From: Acidobacteriota bacterium | GTDB taxonomy: Bacteria; Acidobacteriota; UBA6911; RPQK01; JAJDTT01 | DNA: 64,000 bases | Direction of reading: 5' to 3' | Assembly: GCA_965263035.1 (NCBI GenBank) | Contig: OZ253580.1 | Location: forward strand, 480,001 to 544,000 | Shown: in pieces, positions 60,112-64,000 of the stretch | How the letters are laid out: the number at the start of each line of letters is the position of its first letter | Position numbering within the stretch: the stretch's first letter is position 1 | Made by a program: the position numbers and the translations under genes | Notes under the pieces: model-generated | Databases searched by the model: none | What the model saw: only the letters and a program-made list of their open reading frames with translations | What the model was told of the DNA's origin: nothing

Positions 60112-61389
60112 ATGATGACGACTACCGTAACCTCACTTGAAAACGAGATCGTCCATCTCTCCAGGCGGGCCAAGGGGGCTTCCCGCCGGTTGGCCGGGCT
60201 CTCCACGGAGGCCAAGAACTCGCTGTTGGAGAATCTGGCCGATCGGCTGTCGCAGCCGGACACTCGTGAGAAGCTGCTGGCGACCAACGCCCGGGACCTG
60301 GAAGCCGGAGTTCGAAAGGGGCTCACCGGCGCCCTGCTGGATCGCCTGAAACTGGATCCCAAACGCATGGACTCCATGATTCAGGGCCTGCGGGAAGTGG
60401 CTCGGCTGCCGGACCCCGTGGGTGTCGACCGCCAGAGCTGGACCCGGCCCAACGGGCTCCAGGTCGCCAAGCGGACCATCCCCCTGGGAGTGATCGGCAT
60501 CATCTACGAGGCCCGGCCCAACGTCACCATCGACGCCTTCTCCCTCTGCTTCAAGGCCGGCAACGCCACCGTCCTCAAGGGGGGCTCCGAGGCCATCCAC
60601 TCCAACCGGGCCCTGGTGGACCTGGTGGGCAAGACACTGGCCCCGGCCGGACTCTCGGACGCCTGCCGGCTGGTGGACACCACGGACCGGAAGGCCATCT
60701 CCATATTGGTCCGCCAGGAGGAGTTCATCGACCTCATCATCCCCCGGGGTGGCGAAGGATTGATCCGCCTGGTGGCGGAAACGAGCCGCATCCCCGTCAT
60801 CAAGCACTACAAGGGCGTGTGCAACATCTACGTGGACGAGGAAGCCGATCTGGAGAAGGCTCTGACCATCGCCGAGAACGCCAAGATCTCGCGTCCGGCA
60901 GTATGCAACGCCGTGGAGAACCTCCTGATCCACGAGCAGGCAGCCGGCCGGTTCCTGCCCCGTTTCGCCCGGCGGATGGAGGAAGCCGGAGTCGAGTTGC
61001 GGGGAGACGACCGGACCCGCGAGATTCTACCCGGCGTCACGCCGGCCACGGACGAGGATTACCACGAGGAGTTCCTGGATCTGATCCTGGCGGTGCGGGT
61101 GGTCTCAGATATGGACGAGGCCGTCGCCCACATCGAAACCTATGGTTCGGACCATACCGAGGCCATCGTCACCGAGAACCCTTCCACGGGCCAAGCCTTT
61201 CTGAACCGGGTCAACTCCTCCGTGGTCCTGGTCAATGCCTCCACTCGCTTTTCGGACGGGGGCGAGCTGGGGCTGGGCGCCGAGATCGGAATCAGCACCA
61301 CCCGCCTGCACGCCTACGGCCCCATGGGGCTGGAGAGCCTGGTGACGGAGAAGTTCGTCATCGTCGGCGACGGGCAGATCCGGGAGTGA
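60112..61389 (+). CDS. proA: Gamma-glutamyl phosphate reductase
   Basis: GIIYEARPNVT, LKGGSEA, IPRGG, CNAVE and NASTRFSDGGELGLGAEIGIST. Confidence 0.97.
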   Translation: MMTTTVTSLENEIVHLSRRAKGASRRLAGLSTEAKNSLLENLADRLSQPDTREKLLATNARDLEAGVRKGLTGALLDRLKLDPKRMDSMIQGLREVARLPDPVGVDRQSWTRPNGLQVAKRTIPLGVIGIIYEARPNVTIDAFSLCFKAGNATVLKGGSEAIHSNRALVDLVGKTLAPAGLSDACRLVDTTDRKAISILVRQEEFIDLIIPRGGEGLIRLVAETSRIPVIKHYKGVCNIYVDEEADLEKALTIAENAKISRPAVCNAVENLLIHEQAAGRFLPRFARRMEEAGVELRGDDRTREILPGVTPATDEDYHEEFLDLILAVRVVSDMDEAVAHIETYGSDHTEAIVTENPSTGQAFLNRVNSSVVLVNASTRFSDGGELGLGAEIGISTTRLHAYGPMGLESLVTEKFVIVGDGQIRE

Positions 61390-61577
61390 GGAAAGTAGGA
61401 AAGCAGGAAAGAGAGAAGAACTCCCCCACCGGCCCGGTCCGGCGGACGTGAGACGAGTAGGAGAAACAGGTATCGAGTTCATCCGGCTCAGGCATCCTCG
61501 ACGAAATCATCTCCCCTGCAGCGCCCGCCAAGCGTAGACTATTCGCCTGTCTTAACTCTTTCCTCTCTCCTTTCTTC
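61388..61577 (+). repeat. Dispersed ~190-bp intergenic element, copy B
   Basis: Fills the gap between convergent genes; homologous to the reverse complement of 35930..36125; purine-rich left arm and pyrimidine-rich right arm. Confidence 0.7.
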
Positions 61578-62569
61578 TATTCCGACGGCAGCCGTACCTT
61601 CGCCAGGTAGATATTGCTCTTCCCCTCGTGGGAGGAGTAGTAGCTGACCCAGAGCAGGCCCTGGTGCCAGACCATTCCGGGATAGCTGGTGTCCCCGCCG
61701 CTGGGCAGGGTGAGGACCGGTTCGAAGCTGGTCCGGGTCATGCGGGCCAGAATCGTCGTGGGATCCTCGGTATAGGCGCGGCTTCCCGCCCAGAGCCGGC
61801 CGTCGGGCAGTCGAATGAAATTGGGTCCGCCCAACCGGTGCCCCGTGTCGGTCCACGTCCATTTCCGATAGGGAGGGTGGCTGGTGCCGATCCAGCCGGT
61901 GGCGTTGCGCCGCAAGAGAATCATCATCTCGTCCCCGGGCAGGAAGCGGATGGTGGCCTCGTTGGGCCAGGGAGGAATGTTCTTGAATACGGTGACCCGG
62001 TTCCACTCGATGCCGTCCCGGCTCGAGTAGAGGATGACTCGGCGGGTATTCTTCCCGTCTCCCATTTTGGAGACGCTGTAGGCGGTGCCTTGGTGCCAGG
62101 TGATGCGCCAGAGCCAGTGCTCTTCGGCCAGGACACGCTGTGGAGAGGTCCACTCGTAGCCGTCCGGGGAGAAAGCCACGCGAGGCACCCGAGTCTGGAA
62201 CACATCATCGATGTAAACGCTGCCGCCGGCCACGAGCAGGAGGCGATTGTCGGGCGTCCGGGAGAGCTTGGGATCCCTCAGGTCCACCCCTTCCGTCGTC
62301 ACGAGGGCCGCCGATTCCCAGCTCTTACCATCAGATGAGGTGATGACCCGGATCCGTCCATCCTGTCCGGCGGCATGTCGTTCACCCTCTCGAAAGGTGC
62401 AGAACCATCTCTCACGAAAGCGGATCAGGTCGGTGAAAGCGCTGTGGGGAGCCTGGTCCCAGATCTTCTCCACCGACACGATCCGCGGTTCTTCCGCTCG
62501 GACCGCCGAGAGACAGAGGACCGTCAACACCGCCGAAAGCCAGTAACATCTTCCCTGGAGAGACTGCAT
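61577..62569 (-). CDS. Secreted sialidase-like (BNR/Asp-box) propeller protein
   Basis: Signal peptide ending AVRA; HSAFTDL, SSDGKSW, DLRDPKL, SPDGYEW, SRDGIEW and GGDTSYPG. Confidence 0.8.
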   Translation of the reverse strand: MQSLQGRCYWLSAVLTVLCLSAVRAEEPRIVSVEKIWDQAPHSAFTDLIRFRERWFCTFREGERHAAGQDGRIRVITSSDGKSWESAALVTTEGVDLRDPKLSRTPDNRLLLVAGGSVYIDDVFQTRVPRVAFSPDGYEWTSPQRVLAEEHWLWRITWHQGTAYSVSKMGDGKNTRRVILYSSRDGIEWNRVTVFKNIPPWPNEATIRFLPGDEMMILLRRNATGWIGTSHPPYRKWTWTDTGHRLGGPNFIRLPDGRLWAGSRAYTEDPTTILARMTRTSFEPVLTLPSGGDTSYPGMVWHQGLLWVSYYSSHEGKSNIYLAKVRLPSE

Positions 62570-62590
62570 CGTTCGTGTCCTCACGAGTCG

Positions 62591-63778
62591 TCAAAGCGCG
62601 GCGATCTTCTCCACCAGCGGCCAGAATCCCAGTTGCTCCACGGCGTGGCTGCGGTAGATCCCCGCCGCTTCGGCTCCGCTGCCATAGGCGCGGCGAGCGG
62701 CTTCCAGCAAGAGGTCGGGATCCTGGAAGCTCCCCACGTGGTAACAGGAGAACTCGGCCACTACGGGACACCGGCCCGCGACTCTCTTGACCGCCGCCGC
62801 CACTTGGCGCTCCACCTGCAGGACGTCGGAGGTGGTGCGGAACCAGAGATGGAGCTCATCCACCAGATTCTGGTCGACCCAGGTCGGCCAATCCTGAAAC
62901 ACCTTCACATATTCGTCCATCTCCCGCGCCACGAAGGCCACGGTCAGGGGCGCCGACGGGTCCTTCTCCCTCAAGGCTTCCCTCAGCTCACGGATGGCGA
63001 CCGTGGTGTAGTCGGCCCGGAACCGGACCCAGGAGGGGTCGTCGTTGGGCAGGTCCATGGGATCCCGGCGGAATTTCCGCTGGTAGGCCCGGGTCATCGG
63101 TTCTTCGTAGCCGTCGGTTCCGACGCCGTTCTCGTCCTGGTTCAGACTGACGAACTCCACCTGGAATCCGTGGCCGCCGGTGCGCTCCAGCATGGCCATG
63201 TAGTTGCCCTTCTCGTGCTCCCGGGCCTCGGGTGCGGCCAAGCTCAGCGTGCGCCTCTGTCCCGGCTGAATCTCGTCGCTTCGACTCCGGTCCCGAGCCC
63301 AGTACTCGGGGTGCGCCTGGGCGAAATCGCTCAGGCTGGGGGACGACCTGGGATGGGACCAGATGGGCTGGTGGCGCTCCAGCTTCGCCTTCATCTCCGG
63401 AGAACCGGGTGGTGCACTCAGGTAGTGAATGGACCAGGCGTAGTTGACTCGGCGGGAGCCGTGGGAATTGAAGGCCAGGTACGGATGCACCTGTATACCT
63501 TCCTTCCTCCCCTCCTCCACCAGAACGCGGGTCCCGCTCCAAGGGATCAGATCGGTCACCCCGTGATCCGAGCACTTCCGTACGAATTCGGCCACTTTCG
63601 GATCATCGGCGGGGCCGGCCGAATTGATCAGACCCCCCTTGTCACACCAGAGGAGAAACCGGCGCCGCTTCCCTTCCTCCCGAACCGCCCGCGGCCCGGC
63701 TCCGGCGGAAGCGAAGACGGACGGAGAGACCGCCAAGGCGCCTCCCAGGAAATGACGCCGGTTCAATCTGCTAATCAT
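62591..63778 (-). CDS. Tat-exported putative glycoside hydrolase (GHL10/DUF187-like TIM barrel)
   Basis: NRRHFL twin-arginine signal; GIQVHPYL, HPEYW, WVRFRAD and QDWPTWV. Confidence 0.6.
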   Translation of the reverse strand: MISRLNRRHFLGGALAVSPSVFASAGAGPRAVREEGKRRRFLLWCDKGGLINSAGPADDPKVAEFVRKCSDHGVTDLIPWSGTRVLVEEGRKEGIQVHPYLAFNSHGSRRVNYAWSIHYLSAPPGSPEMKAKLERHQPIWSHPRSSPSLSDFAQAHPEYWARDRSRSDEIQPGQRRTLSLAAPEAREHEKGNYMAMLERTGGHGFQVEFVSLNQDENGVGTDGYEEPMTRAYQRKFRRDPMDLPNDDPSWVRFRADYTTVAIRELREALREKDPSAPLTVAFVAREMDEYVKVFQDWPTWVDQNLVDELHLWFRTTSDVLQVERQVAAAVKRVAGRCPVVAEFSCYHVGSFQDPDLLLEAARRAYGSGAEAAGIYRSHAVEQLGFWPLVEKIAAL

Positions 63779-64000
63779 GCGCTTAATCCTCCCTCACAGC
63801 CTACCATTGATTCCGGGAAACATGAATTTCAATGCATGTTTGGATGATCGTATGGGACGCCGGAACATCCTTGCCGTCCGGGGAAAACCGCTTCAGCAGC
63901 GGGCCGAACGCGGTTCCGGTTTGTTATCATACAAAATCTCTGCCGAAGCTCCGACACAGAAATCACCGGCGCATTCTCACAATTGTTTTAGAGCATAAGG

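Overview
High-GC bacterial chromosome segment; gene content suggests Acidobacteriota (inference only). Left part (1-20.9 kb, downstream of tRNA-Ala): a DUF1998-type SF2 helicase fused to a nuclease and a LexA-like S24 domain and broken by one in-frame TAG, an MNT-HEPN toxin-antitoxin pair, and a 4911-aa secreted multidomain protease/adhesin. Middle and right: pdxH, xylBA, proBA and many carbohydrate and catabolic genes. Most unusual signals: (1) an unnamed ~230-aa C-terminal domain found five times, twice on the giant protein and once on each of three tandem Cache-domain proteins, the two intact ones having signal peptides and no signalling output, which suggests a surface-sorting module and secreted Cache ligand binders; (2) a complete class IIC group II intron and an ORF-less sibling whose RT gene is replaced by a GAAA-capped hairpin, both inserted at the same nucleotide of a composite REP-like repeat that also occurs empty in the window; (3) a ~89% AT double palindrome; (4) a second dispersed ~190-bp repeat with purine and pyrimidine arms. 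Family assignments come from motif recognition by eye, not database searches.
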